A DNA stretch of 35,609 bases, from the sequence record DRR723986_7750; one strand, 5' to 3'. The position numbers were made by a program, and so were the translations under genes. The notes below the pieces were generated by a model, which was given only the letters and a program-made list of their open reading frames with translations, did no database searches and was not told the origin of the DNA. The stretch's first letter is position 1; every line of letters begins with the position of its first letter. Positions 8,983 through 17,883 of the stretch are shown piece after piece.

Positions 8983-9761
8983 TTTTTACCCCTTAATAAT
9001 TTGTTTGCGAATCGAGTTGCAGAAGCTGAGAGTTGTTTATTCTTCGTGAATTCTTTTAGGTACTTGGTCACGGCTTCAGAACCACCGATGTCATCAGCAG
9101 CCGTCAGAACTACCATGTCCAGTATGTCATCCGCACTGGTTAAAGTGGTGCATTCTCCACCGGTAATGCGTGCGATTTCTTCAAACGTTTTGATGGTCTC
9201 ATGATGACTTCCAACCACGAAGCAATACACAGGGCGTTTAAGTTGTGCGAGTGCCTCTGCATGTTTGATGTAATCTCGTTCTGGGTGTGGAGGGGCGTCA
9301 CCAATGAGCAGAATACGCGTGGCTCTTTCGTCTTTACTGGCATATTCCAGGCCATACTCAATGGCTTCTGGATAATCACCGCCTCCAAAGCATTGTATGG
9401 TTCCGATAAACTTCTGGAGCTTCTTGGATGAATGGCTCCATCCGGACGCTTCCAGCAGGTCGTCACCATCGCAGTAATCACGAAAGGCCACCCAGTTCAT
9501 GTTGAATTCACCTATATCGGAAATTCGCTGAATGACTTCATTAATATGTTTTTTGGTTGCCGCCCACATCGAATCCATGGAACCGGTTGCATCGGTGAGA
9601 CCCATTATGTTTGAAACACGTATTGGTTTCTGTGCCTGATAGTCACGGAGCGTTTGCTCGCGTATTTTTTGTTGCCGGCTTTGATTTTTCTGTGTATCAC
9701 CGTCACTTAACATCTTTTTTGATTTAGGCGTTGTCAATCGGGGTTTACGTTGAGATGGCAT
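8979..9761 (-). CDS. von Willebrand factor A (vWA) domain protein
   Basis: MIDAS-like 'DATGSM', 'VAFRDY', 'GGGDYPEA', 'LIGDAPPH' and 'IARITGG'; RBS GAAGGAAGG. Confidence 0.9.
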   Translation of the reverse strand: MPSQRKPRLTTPKSKKMLSDGDTQKNQSRQQKIREQTLRDYQAQKPIRVSNIMGLTDATGSMDSMWAATKKHINEVIQRISDIGEFNMNWVAFRDYCDGDDLLEASGWSHSSKKLQKFIGTIQCFGGGDYPEAIEYGLEYASKDERATRILLIGDAPPHPERDYIKHAEALAQLKRPVYCFVVGSHHETIKTFEEIARITGGECTTLTSADDILDMVVLTAADDIGGSEAVTKYLKEFTKNKQLSASATRFANKLLRGKK

Positions 9762-9820
9762 AGCCTTCCTTCATGATTTGTGTTGAGTCGTTCCAGGACT
9801 CGGAAGGGACGTTAAATACT

Positions 9821-11254
9821 TTAGATTCGAGCATCAAAGCCTTCCGAAGTGATGTGTGCCCACATCGAGTACGCTTTGTTGACACGTCGAATCTTTTCTT
9901 CGCAGTCCGTACACTCCGGGTTGAAATCTGGATGATAGCGTTTTACCAGAATGTTTCTTTGTTTGTGAAGTAAAGGTTTCAGTTCTGCCAAAACCTCACT
10001 CGTCGCCGTCTCGAACGTGTAATCAGTGAGTTCCAGATCTGTCAGAATGGACCGAACGGTTTCATCCAGATCAAGTGTTTCCTCGGGATCATCGTCTTCA
10101 TAGGATTCGCCATCTTCGAATGCTTCCGAATCTGTTTCATGTGTGAAGTCCTCTTCGTCAAATGTTGATGCATCTTTCTCTCTGTGTGAAGATCTTGCAG
10201 TGGCGTCAATAGTTTTTAACGTTTCGAAATGAACGACCAATTCTTCTAAAATGTCAGATTCTTTGTCGTCGCATTTTCGCGTGGTCTCAAGGCACTGAAT
10301 GAGCTGATCGATTTTGAGGACGGTGGCGAGAAACATGTCACGATCTCTTGAAAGGAATCGAGATTCTGTTTCCATTTTATAGATTAGTGCTTTGATTTTG
10401 TCTTTGAGCCTCGTGTAGTACGCTCCGAATTCAACCCAGTCAGGGAGTTCTTCTTCCAGCTCATTCATGAGATCGAGTGACATCTCGTGCCAATTGTCAA
10501 ACGAGCGGTTTGTAAAATCATCTTTGAATCGTTGAAAGGGGAGAGAATGCTTCGCAATCTTGAGTTTAAGTTGTGCCACTTTGTGCATGAGTTCTGAAAT
10601 GATGTTGACATGACTCACATCGTGAGTCGCCATCGCCTCGTAGAGGGCCGCGTCTGACAGTTCAGATGAGTCTAAGAGATCGTAGTCGATTGACGCCAAT
10701 TTGCCGAAGAATTCATCAAGAAGGTCTCGCTTCTCTGTCTTTTTCCTGACCTCGTCAAACGTGAAATTGAGACGCTTGATATAGAGCCTGAGAGCTTGAA
10801 ATGCATCGTAATTTTGGGTGAGGGTCACAAGCGGAGAAGGCATCTTTGAGATTCCAATCGTTTGCAAGATTGATTGCAGGGCTTTGTGTTGCACTGGCAG
10901 TGTTCGCGATTGAGGGTCGGTAAAGACCGAAGGCAATTCATAAATTGCATCTGGCTTGTCTTTGGATGTGTACCGAAAGCCACCTGTTTTTTCGGCTGAC
11001 TCTGTTCGAGGGGGAGAGGTTCGTTTTCGGCGAGCATGTTCCTTTGGATCCGATTTGGGTTTCGCCCCTTTAGGACGGTCTTTCCTCGTTTTCGAGGTTG
11101 AATCTCGACGTTCGCCTTTTGGCGATGAATATTCAGCCTTTTCAAATTCCTCCGAGGCAGGCTTTGTGCGTCTTAATGGGTTCTTTTCGCGAATCCAGGA
11201 CGTTGCCATGTCCAACCGAGTCGCCTTTGAAAAGCGCTTCCAGAAGCTCCTCAC
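9821..11254 (-). CDS. Helical protein with a C-terminal J-domain
   Basis: C-terminal 'LVKRYHPDFN...EEKIRRVNKAY' (HPD), basic disordered N-terminus and an acidic linker. Confidence 0.8.
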   Translation of the reverse strand: MRSFWKRFSKATRLDMATSWIREKNPLRRTKPASEEFEKAEYSSPKGERRDSTSKTRKDRPKGAKPKSDPKEHARRKRTSPPRTESAEKTGGFRYTSKDKPDAIYELPSVFTDPQSRTLPVQHKALQSILQTIGISKMPSPLVTLTQNYDAFQALRLYIKRLNFTFDEVRKKTEKRDLLDEFFGKLASIDYDLLDSSELSDAALYEAMATHDVSHVNIISELMHKVAQLKLKIAKHSLPFQRFKDDFTNRSFDNWHEMSLDLMNELEEELPDWVEFGAYYTRLKDKIKALIYKMETESRFLSRDRDMFLATVLKIDQLIQCLETTRKCDDKESDILEELVVHFETLKTIDATARSSHREKDASTFDEEDFTHETDSEAFEDGESYEDDDPEETLDLDETVRSILTDLELTDYTFETATSEVLAELKPLLHKQRNILVKRYHPDFNPECTDCEEKIRRVNKAYSMWAHITSEGFDARI

Positions 11255-11334
11255 TCGTGGTCACCACATTGTGTATTAAACATTGTACGTGTTTATTGCC
11301 TGTATACTTAGAAAAGCGAGTATGCATCCTGCAT

Positions 11335-11625
11335 CTATCGGATGAGGACTTTTTGTGGCATATCCATCACTTCACTCTTTTTGAAATACACATTTCCCTC
11401 TAATCGGTAAAAGGGCAGAATGCCTTTTCGTTTCCATTTGTGAATCGTTGGTCGACTCCGTTTAAGTATTTTGCACACTTCGTCGATCGTAAGAAATTCA
11501 TCGAGTTCATCAGAACCTGTGTCAGGTTCTGAGCGATCGAGCGAATCAAATGCTTTTTGAACCGTTTCGGTCACCAGCATTCTGAATTCTTCCAAGGGAA
11601 TCGGTATGAGAACAATTTCATCCAT
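11335..11625 (-). CDS. Excisionase-family HTH_17 protein
   Basis: 'FLTIDEVCKILKRSRPTIHKW...G.LPFYRL...VYFKKSEV'. Confidence 0.9.
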   Translation of the reverse strand: MDEIVLIPIPLEEFRMLVTETVQKAFDSLDRSEPDTGSDELDEFLTIDEVCKILKRSRPTIHKWKRKGILPFYRLEGNVYFKKSEVMDMPQKVLIR

Positions 11626-11628
11626 AAA

Positions 11629-13224
11629 TCACCGATCCATCCGAGCGGTTTTCATTCGTTTGAGGAATGTTCTATTGTCATAGTAGCGAGTCGCTTTGAG
11701 TAAGAGTGGTTTGTGATTGCTATAGAGAAACAGCATTTGATCATCTGCCATTCGCCGGACTTCATCGGGTGTCATAAGCGGACGTTGTTTTTCCGTTTCT
11801 CTGGCTGTGTCGAGTTGAAAGCCTGTTTCCCGGTGGTTAAGTGTTCGGTTGCCGAGGGTCAATGAGATTTGTTGAGTCGTCTCGTAATTCTGAATGCCTG
11901 GCAAGTAGATTTTACTCGCACAGTTTTCGAGAATCGTTTCTGCATCAGCCGTGCCGTAGAGAGATGAAAGTTGTTTCAGTGACTGAATTCCCAGCGATAA
12001 ACTGACATCGTAGGAACGTGCAAAGGATATGATGTTCTGAAAGCCCGGGACTTTTGGAATGTTGGCAAATTCATCAAGCAAAAAGTAAATGGGTTTTTCG
12101 TCCGGACTGGGCGACTGGCTACAGCAATAGTCAAAGAGATATTTGTATAAAATCGTTAAAATGAATCCGTAATATTCAAGGCGATAAGTAGGTATAGTCA
12201 AAAAGAGTGCTACGGAATCAGTTCGCATGCTGTGAATGTTTAAGGAGTCTCGGCCAGAGGTGACTGCTAATAAATTTTCATCAAAAAAGGCGTCAAGTAC
12301 AATGCGTGCCGCACTTAACATGCCGTCACGACTTTTTTCGGGTTCACCCGTCCAAGATTTATAGATGCGAAAACTGTCGTCATCAAGATGCCGAAAGATA
12401 AGTTGTTCTACCGTTTCCTGTTCGTCCGTCCGGAGCATGGCTAAAAACTGTGCGACTGTTCCGAGGTGTTGTCGATTTGGTTCCAATTGTTTGGTGAGGT
12501 AGAGCAACACACCAATGAGTCGTTCCGCACCACTATTCCAATACACCTGATCGCCAGATGCTTTTGAATACTTTGCTTCAACCAATATATTCGCCAGTTG
12601 CCTCATTTCCGAATAGGTCGAAACGTAGTCCAGTGGGTTAAACACATGCGAATGCCGAGGATCGGCAAGGTTAAACCAACGGATTGTATAACCTTGCGAT
12701 AGAAGGTGCGGAATGACCAATTCGGCAATTTCACCTTTAGGATCGGTGCAGACACATGACTGACCAATCAAATTGCCAGCATTGACCATAAAGAAAGTGC
12801 TAGACTTACCTTTTCCGCTCGGACCAACAATCAGCAAGTGGTTGTAGCTGTTTTTCTCAGAAATTCTCTGAGTGCCATCGATATACAGTCCATCGTTCTG
12901 TTTGGACAAGAGCTTTTTCCGGTCTTTGCCTTCGAGCCACGCTGCCGATCCATAAATGGTACTCGACGTGCGTTTGAGAAGTCTGAAACACTTTTCAGCT
13001 AAGTATTTGAGAACCTTCCACGATGTACGAATAATCCAACCTACGCCGCGAAAAATGCCCCGAAAGATCGATTCAATATCGAGAGGAAATGTTGGTGCTT
13101 TGGAAAACAGAATCCACCTAACCACCGTGTACATGAGCCACAATGATATCCCTAAGCCTATCAGTTGCAGGAGAGCATCATAGACAGATGATCCAATGGA
13201 AGCAAAAGTAGCTGAATCTACCAT
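11629..13224 (-). CDS. Type IV coupling protein (VirD4/TraG family)
   Basis: N-terminal TM, 'YGSAAW', Walker A GPSGKGKS, 'DPKGE', Walker B 'FLLDEFANI', 'IQSLKQL..LYG' and 'RPLMTPDEVR'. Confidence 0.93.
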   Translation of the reverse strand: MVDSATFASIGSSVYDALLQLIGLGISLWLMYTVVRWILFSKAPTFPLDIESIFRGIFRGVGWIIRTSWKVLKYLAEKCFRLLKRTSSTIYGSAAWLEGKDRKKLLSKQNDGLYIDGTQRISEKNSYNHLLIVGPSGKGKSSTFFMVNAGNLIGQSCVCTDPKGEIAELVIPHLLSQGYTIRWFNLADPRHSHVFNPLDYVSTYSEMRQLANILVEAKYSKASGDQVYWNSGAERLIGVLLYLTKQLEPNRQHLGTVAQFLAMLRTDEQETVEQLIFRHLDDDSFRIYKSWTGEPEKSRDGMLSAARIVLDAFFDENLLAVTSGRDSLNIHSMRTDSVALFLTIPTYRLEYYGFILTILYKYLFDYCCSQSPSPDEKPIYFLLDEFANIPKVPGFQNIISFARSYDVSLSLGIQSLKQLSSLYGTADAETILENCASKIYLPGIQNYETTQQISLTLGNRTLNHRETGFQLDTARETEKQRPLMTPDEVRRMADDQMLFLYSNHKPLLLKATRYYDNRTFLKRMKTARMDR

Positions 13225-13421
13225 GTTAATTCGCGTGACTGTTCCCGATCGGGCTTAGCTCTGGATTGTTCCAACTGTTGCTTGCGGATTTCACGCTCTC
13301 CGATCTCGATCAAATAGCCCATCGCTACCGCAAAACCGCGATACGATTCTTGCTGTTTCTTTAGAATGCCGACGGCATCTTGAAGCGTTTTGAGGTCAAC
13401 GTCTTGATTGGATTCATTCAT
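13218..13421 (-). CDS. Small hypothetical protein coupled to the T4CP gene
   Basis: 67-aa helical ORF whose end overlaps the T4CP start. Confidence 0.6.
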   Translation of the reverse strand: MNESNQDVDLKTLQDAVGILKKQQESYRGFAVAMGYLIEIGEREIRKQQLEQSRAKPDREQSRELTW

Positions 13422-13475
13422 AGTGCAAAGTCTTGTGAGTATAAATTGAGGCAATTGAGTGCAAAAACAATTGAA

Positions 13476-13685
13476 TCATTTTCCAGCTGTGGCTTTTCCG
13501 TCCGGATGTTCCTGTCTCGCCTTGAATCCACATTGAGTACACAAAAGAACCGGATATTTGAATCCAGCAAGAACGGTATACTTTACGAAGTGCATGTAAC
13601 CAACAATTCCCGATTTCGGTGTCTTTTTAACACAATACGGACACTTACCACCTTCGCGTAATTGGGCTTGTCTCAAGACTTGCAT
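13476..13685 (-). CDS. Small zinc-ribbon-like protein
   Basis: CPYC...CTQC pairs; GGAG upstream of the ATG at 13685. Confidence 0.55.
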   Translation of the reverse strand: MQVLRQAQLREGGKCPYCVKKTPKSGIVGYMHFVKYTVLAGFKYPVLLCTQCGFKARQEHPDGKATAGK

Positions 13686-13876
13686 ATTCGGCTCCAAATA
13701 ATTGTTAAGAAAGACTGTGTTCAATTGACAAAAAGAAGACAAACTCGTTGGACTCGGCTACTTGTTCGGAGTCTTCAAAAAGAGACCGTCAAAGCAGCCG
13801 GAGTGCCAACGATCCATTACCAAACAGTGAAAAAGCACCACGTACACGGCTCTTCACGTTTAGAATGGGGGGATTC

Positions 13877-14071
13877 TTAGCGTTCTATTTCCGCTTCCGG
13901 TTCGGAAATGGACTTCGTTTGCTCCAAGCCTTGTTCGCGTTCCATTTTTTTGATGATGGCATATGCTTTCTTGAGGCTTTGATAGCCATTGCCAACGGCG
14001 TATCTGAGCTGTGTTAAGTCATCCACTTCCTTTTCAGGAGGGGAAGGGGTTTCATTCGTCGGTTTGTCCAT
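13877..14071 (-). CDS. Small hypothetical protein
   Basis: GGAGG RBS and a 64-aa helical ORF in the co-directional run. Confidence 0.65.
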   Translation of the reverse strand: MDKPTNETPSPPEKEVDDLTQLRYAVGNGYQSLKKAYAIIKKMEREQGLEQTKSISEPEAEIER

Positions 14072-14113
14072 GAGTTATACCTCCAAGGAAAAAGAGTATC
14101 AATTTCAATTGTT

Positions 14114-14716
14114 TTACTGGCTCTCGGTCGAAGCAATAGGCTCTTCTGGCCGAGACATGCGATTTTCATGATTGATGCTAAGGAGTTGCGAAAGTGTATT
14201 GCGTGAGCGAGAAACAACTCGTTTTTGTACCACCGTTAAAGAAAAAAACAGCGAATAGAACAACAGTAAGAAGACAAGATTGACATAACTGTCAATGGGC
14301 GGTGAAAATCCACCTGAATTGAATAAGTGATGTGCACGGAGTGGGATAACCAAAAATGAAAAGGACAAAACCATATAGCAATAACGTAATGGAGTTAACA
14401 ACGCACGCTTCATCGAGAAATTTAGAAGTTCTATTGATATGATTTGAAAAAATGCGAGTAACAGAGCAAGTACGATACTCGAATAGACCGATCCGATCCC
14501 CAAGCTTATACCAAGTAGGGAATAGAAGAGACTTGCAATTATCGTGGCTCTCAAGGCCAGGTAAATCGTGCCTAATTTTGAAAATTCATTGTCCCCGCTC
14601 ACGGTCTTTTTGACCGTGTCAACGCTCACCAATCGAATGTTCTTGCCATGTTCAAGAAAGGGAGGAAGAACGAACACGAGCACCATTATCAGAAAGACAA
14701 GAATCAACCAGAACAT
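14114..14716 (-). CDS. Multi-pass membrane protein
   Basis: About five hydrophobic segments; starts 10 nt after the JAB-E1 stop. Confidence 0.75.
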   Translation of the reverse strand: MFWLILVFLIMVLVFVLPPFLEHGKNIRLVSVDTVKKTVSGDNEFSKLGTIYLALRATIIASLFYSLLGISLGIGSVYSSIVLALLLAFFQIISIELLNFSMKRALLTPLRYCYMVLSFSFLVIPLRAHHLFNSGGFSPPIDSYVNLVFLLLFYSLFFSLTVVQKRVVSRSRNTLSQLLSINHENRMSRPEEPIASTESQ

Positions 14717-14726
14717 TCTGTTGTCC

Positions 14727-16304
14727 TCAGTTTGTGACGAGTGTTAATGTTTTTGCGTCAGCTGCACTGTTTTTGACCCGAGCTTCATTGACCGTTGGCA
14801 ATTGTATGTGCCGATTGCGGTTCGTAAACCAATCAAGGTTTTCACTATCTCCCGAGCCAATGTAAATCTGACAGTTGAGGCAGGTGTTGGATTTGGTTTC
14901 TGGATCTTCAGAAGTCAAAACTCGCCTCAGTTTATTTGCTTCTCCATCTGGATCGTCATTCAATCGCATGAGATCAACAAATACGTTCCAGCTTAACGGC
15001 TTGTATCCAGTTAAAAGATTCAATGTTTCAAGGAGTACAAAGCTGGCAACATTCATATTTAACGGATACACCGAGGGAGCTGGATCATCAGCCGAATCAT
15101 CTCCTTTGATATACCCATGTGCCTTGAAATTGTGCCGAGTGTCAGGGTCAAGAAACGCATGTTGAATCTGTTGTCGATCATAGTAGTCTATGTGGCTACA
15201 ATCCATACATCGCGTAACGCCTGGCATAACGGTTGCCATTCGAATATTGAGAGTGTTAATCTTACCGTTCGTTCCATCGATCAAAGTCCCGGCATCAATG
15301 TAGGGGATGAGATATTGTAGCGACAGGCGATTGAGAAAATACCGGCTTTCATGTGTATCAGTACCGCCAATAATGACGTCACATTGTTTCAGGGCTGACA
15401 CAGCTTCTTCCGAGAAAAGCGTTGTTTGCAAGGCTTCGATTTTGAGCATGGGAAGCATTTGATTGAGCCGTTGCTTGCATACTTCAACCTTTGGCTTGTT
15501 AATATCTCGTTTGCGTCCACCTTGCCAGCGATTGAGATTGTGTGTCTCTACTTTATCGGGATCAATCAGGGTGAGAGTGCGGACACCAAGTCGCACCAAG
15601 CCCTCAGCCACGATGGAACCAACTCCACCGATTCCCACCAGACCTATGTGTGTCGTTGACAATGCCTTTTGTCCCGGTTCGCCAAAGGCCAAAACATGCC
15701 GAGAAAAGAGACCATCCTCCTCGCCAACTCTATTCTCAGACTTTAACGCTCGATTCGTAGGAAAGATATGCCGGATAGGTTCTCCTATGACAGATATCCG
15801 CTCTACGGCAAGAAACGATTTGGATTTGCTATCATAACGATGAGCGGCGATTGTCTCTTGTCCGAATACCATTGATGTCGCTATAACCGTTGCATCCTGA
15901 TTCTTTGAAGCTCGTTCCTTTGGAATCTCCGTTTGCAGGTAGGTGTGTTCGTGTTTGTCATCATTCAAATCCACCGAAGAAAACCACACGTCTCCCTGCT
16001 CGAAAGGATGACTATGACATTTAATGATGGAAGTGTAATCACTGTCAATAAATCGTTTGTGAACTTGTTGAACCAATTCTTTGGCAAGGTGAACATGCCC
16101 TTGACTGCGTTCAAGTTTGCCTTTTTGGTCTTGGATGGACAAGGCTTTATGTGGAAGCAAGATACAAGTGTTCTTGTACCGCACCGTATGTCCAAACAGG
16201 TAACATATTTGCTCTGTTTGATCTTTGAGCAAATGTTCTCGAATGGAATGGTAAAGTTCAGCGGTGAGTTTAATATTCAGATGTTTTATCGAGGGTTCAT
16301 TCAT
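14727..16304 (-). CDS. JAB/MPN metallopeptidase fused to a ThiF/E1-like adenylyltransferase
   Basis: JAB: 'EQICYL' and 'HSHPF...FSSVD'. E1: 'GIGGVGS', 'LIDPDKVETHNLNR', 'GTD..ESR', 'PYIDAG' and Zn pairs CMDC/CLNC. Confidence 0.92.
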   Translation of the reverse strand: MNEPSIKHLNIKLTAELYHSIREHLLKDQTEQICYLFGHTVRYKNTCILLPHKALSIQDQKGKLERSQGHVHLAKELVQQVHKRFIDSDYTSIIKCHSHPFEQGDVWFSSVDLNDDKHEHTYLQTEIPKERASKNQDATVIATSMVFGQETIAAHRYDSKSKSFLAVERISVIGEPIRHIFPTNRALKSENRVGEEDGLFSRHVLAFGEPGQKALSTTHIGLVGIGGVGSIVAEGLVRLGVRTLTLIDPDKVETHNLNRWQGGRKRDINKPKVEVCKQRLNQMLPMLKIEALQTTLFSEEAVSALKQCDVIIGGTDTHESRYFLNRLSLQYLIPYIDAGTLIDGTNGKINTLNIRMATVMPGVTRCMDCSHIDYYDRQQIQHAFLDPDTRHNFKAHGYIKGDDSADDPAPSVYPLNMNVASFVLLETLNLLTGYKPLSWNVFVDLMRLNDDPDGEANKLRRVLTSEDPETKSNTCLNCQIYIGSGDSENLDWFTNRNRHIQLPTVNEARVKNSAADAKTLTLVTN

Positions 16305-16341
16305 ACGAACGTCCTAGCGAATATCCGGTTATGAAAGAAGA

Positions 16342-17070
16342 TTAATGTTGATAGAGGGCTGGTTGCGATAGGGCACGGTAGAGATGTTCAATGTATCCAG
16401 CGAGGCAATCACCTTGAGTGATGTTGTGCGGCACAAAATTCCACTTTCTATTTACATGTTCATCATATCGAAAACACAGCCATTTCCAACCGTTGTTTGT
16501 GAGGTGCTCGGTGCTAAATTCTCGGTTATACATAGCTTGATCAAAAACATGCCCGAGTGCGTATTGAATTCTTGGGAAGTTGGGTGACCCCTGCTTAACA
16601 TGTATACCATTAGGACCAAATTCCGGATAATCGGCGATGACAATGGTGATGTTTTCGTAATCAGGGTCGAAAGAAACTTTCTCACCTGAAGGAAGGGTGC
16701 AATGGTCTGGCAAAGGGAAATTCAAGAGTTGAATCCATTCCAGATAGTCTTTTCCACCTAGAATATATTCTCGAGTGGCATTGTCTGGTTCAAACGTGTT
16801 ATAAAAGCCATGGATTAAACTAAGCTCCTGTTTAATCAGCCTTGTCTTGTAACCCGCCAGTGATACAGGGCGTTGATAGGTTTGAATTTGGTCATATTTT
16901 ATTGCGTCTTCAGACCTAACTTGCTCTGCCGAGAGAATCGTCCAGACTCCATCTGATTCTCTTTGAGCCTGAGCAGGGTTGCCACCTGTTAAAGTTGAAA
17001 TCTTAGTCGAAGAGTCTACTCGCTGGGGTAACATGTTTACCCGTAAGTTCTTGAATGATTGACGAGCCAT
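16342..17070 (-). CDS. Prokaryotic E2-like (UBC fold) protein with a putative N-terminal ubiquitin-like domain
   Basis: 'RLIKQEL', 'WIQLLNFPLP', 'ITIVIADYP..GP', 'GWKWLCF', 'W.F' and 'GDCLAGYI' resemble prokaryotic E2 family E. The first ~73 aa end in 'SLAG'. Adjacent to JAB-E1. Confidence 0.65.
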   Translation of the reverse strand: MARQSFKNLRVNMLPQRVDSSTKISTLTGGNPAQAQRESDGVWTILSAEQVRSEDAIKYDQIQTYQRPVSLAGYKTRLIKQELSLIHGFYNTFEPDNATREYILGGKDYLEWIQLLNFPLPDHCTLPSGEKVSFDPDYENITIVIADYPEFGPNGIHVKQGSPNFPRIQYALGHVFDQAMYNREFSTEHLTNNGWKWLCFRYDEHVNRKWNFVPHNITQGDCLAGYIEHLYRALSQPALYQH

Positions 17071-17123
17071 CACACACTCCTGTAAACATAGTTTAAGTTA
17101 GTACAATTGTTGTATTGCAATTT

Positions 17124-17363
17124 TTAACTGTCAATTTTCGGTCGAGGCTTTGCTGGTTCATTAACAAGACCAGTCCAATCAATTAATCGTTTGCCCTCAC
17201 TATCAAATTCAATTACATTTTGAACTCGTTCTGATGTATTGGGCAATTGTTCATCGGGAATTTCTGAACTGGATATCTGAGAGATTTCCCGTTTAATAAG
17301 GTTGTTCAAGCCAACAGTACTATCTACTTCTTGACTTTCTTGCCGGATTCTTTGACGTGCCAT
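17124..17363 (-). CDS. Small protein with a C-terminal DWTGLxNEP motif
   Basis: Motif shared with 17455-17883 supports coding status. Confidence 0.7.
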   Translation of the reverse strand: MARQRIRQESQEVDSTVGLNNLIKREISQISSSEIPDEQLPNTSERVQNVIEFDSEGKRLIDWTGLVNEPAKPRPKIDS

Positions 17364-17454
17364 GTGATGTGTTGTAAATACAAACACATTTTAGCACGCC
17401 TCGAATACTGTGTCAATAGCTTAGAGCAATATTAATTCCTCCTTGAAATGAGCT

Positions 17455-17883
17455 TTAATTGTTTTTCCTTGTCGGTTCATTGTGTAAACCAGTCCAGTCC
17501 ATTATGATCTTGCCGTCTTTGTCTTTCGGTCTTTGTTCCGAAGCTGGGAAAATGATTCTTCTTGGAGTTCCTCCTGGATTGAGAGGGTCGGGAGCTTGAC
17601 GTTGCTCTGCATTAACGGGTAGAGCACGATTATGATGAGCTTCAACTGGACGATCTGCAACGTGATAATCCGCCCGCGGATTTCTTTGGTGCACTCGACG
17701 CCTTGAAGCAACTGCATCTGATCCAATGTCGAAAAGCCACACTATTGCCTTCCACAGTCCAATAGCTGTATACTTCACCACAAGAAAAGCTCCAATTGCA
17801 GCGTATTTAACGCCAAACCATATCGCAACTAATACAAGCAGGATGAATAGAATTAAAGCCGAGATCAAAATGAAATCAACCAT
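17455..17883 (-). CDS. Membrane-anchored protein with a C-terminal DWTGLxNEP motif
   Basis: Hydrophobic N-terminus, low-complexity linker, and the motif shared with 17124-17363. Confidence 0.7.
   Translation of the reverse strand: MVDFILISALILFILLVLVAIWFGVKYAAIGAFLVVKYTAIGLWKAIVWLFDIGSDAVASRRRVHQRNPRADYHVADRPVEAHHNRALPVNAEQRQAPDPLNPGGTPRRIIFPASEQRPKDKDGKIIMDWTGLHNEPTRKNN

Noticed and set aside
14727-16304. Thiamine or molybdopterin biosynthesis ThiF/MoeB
   Set aside because: JAB fusion, E2-like neighbour and no cofactor-pathway genes.
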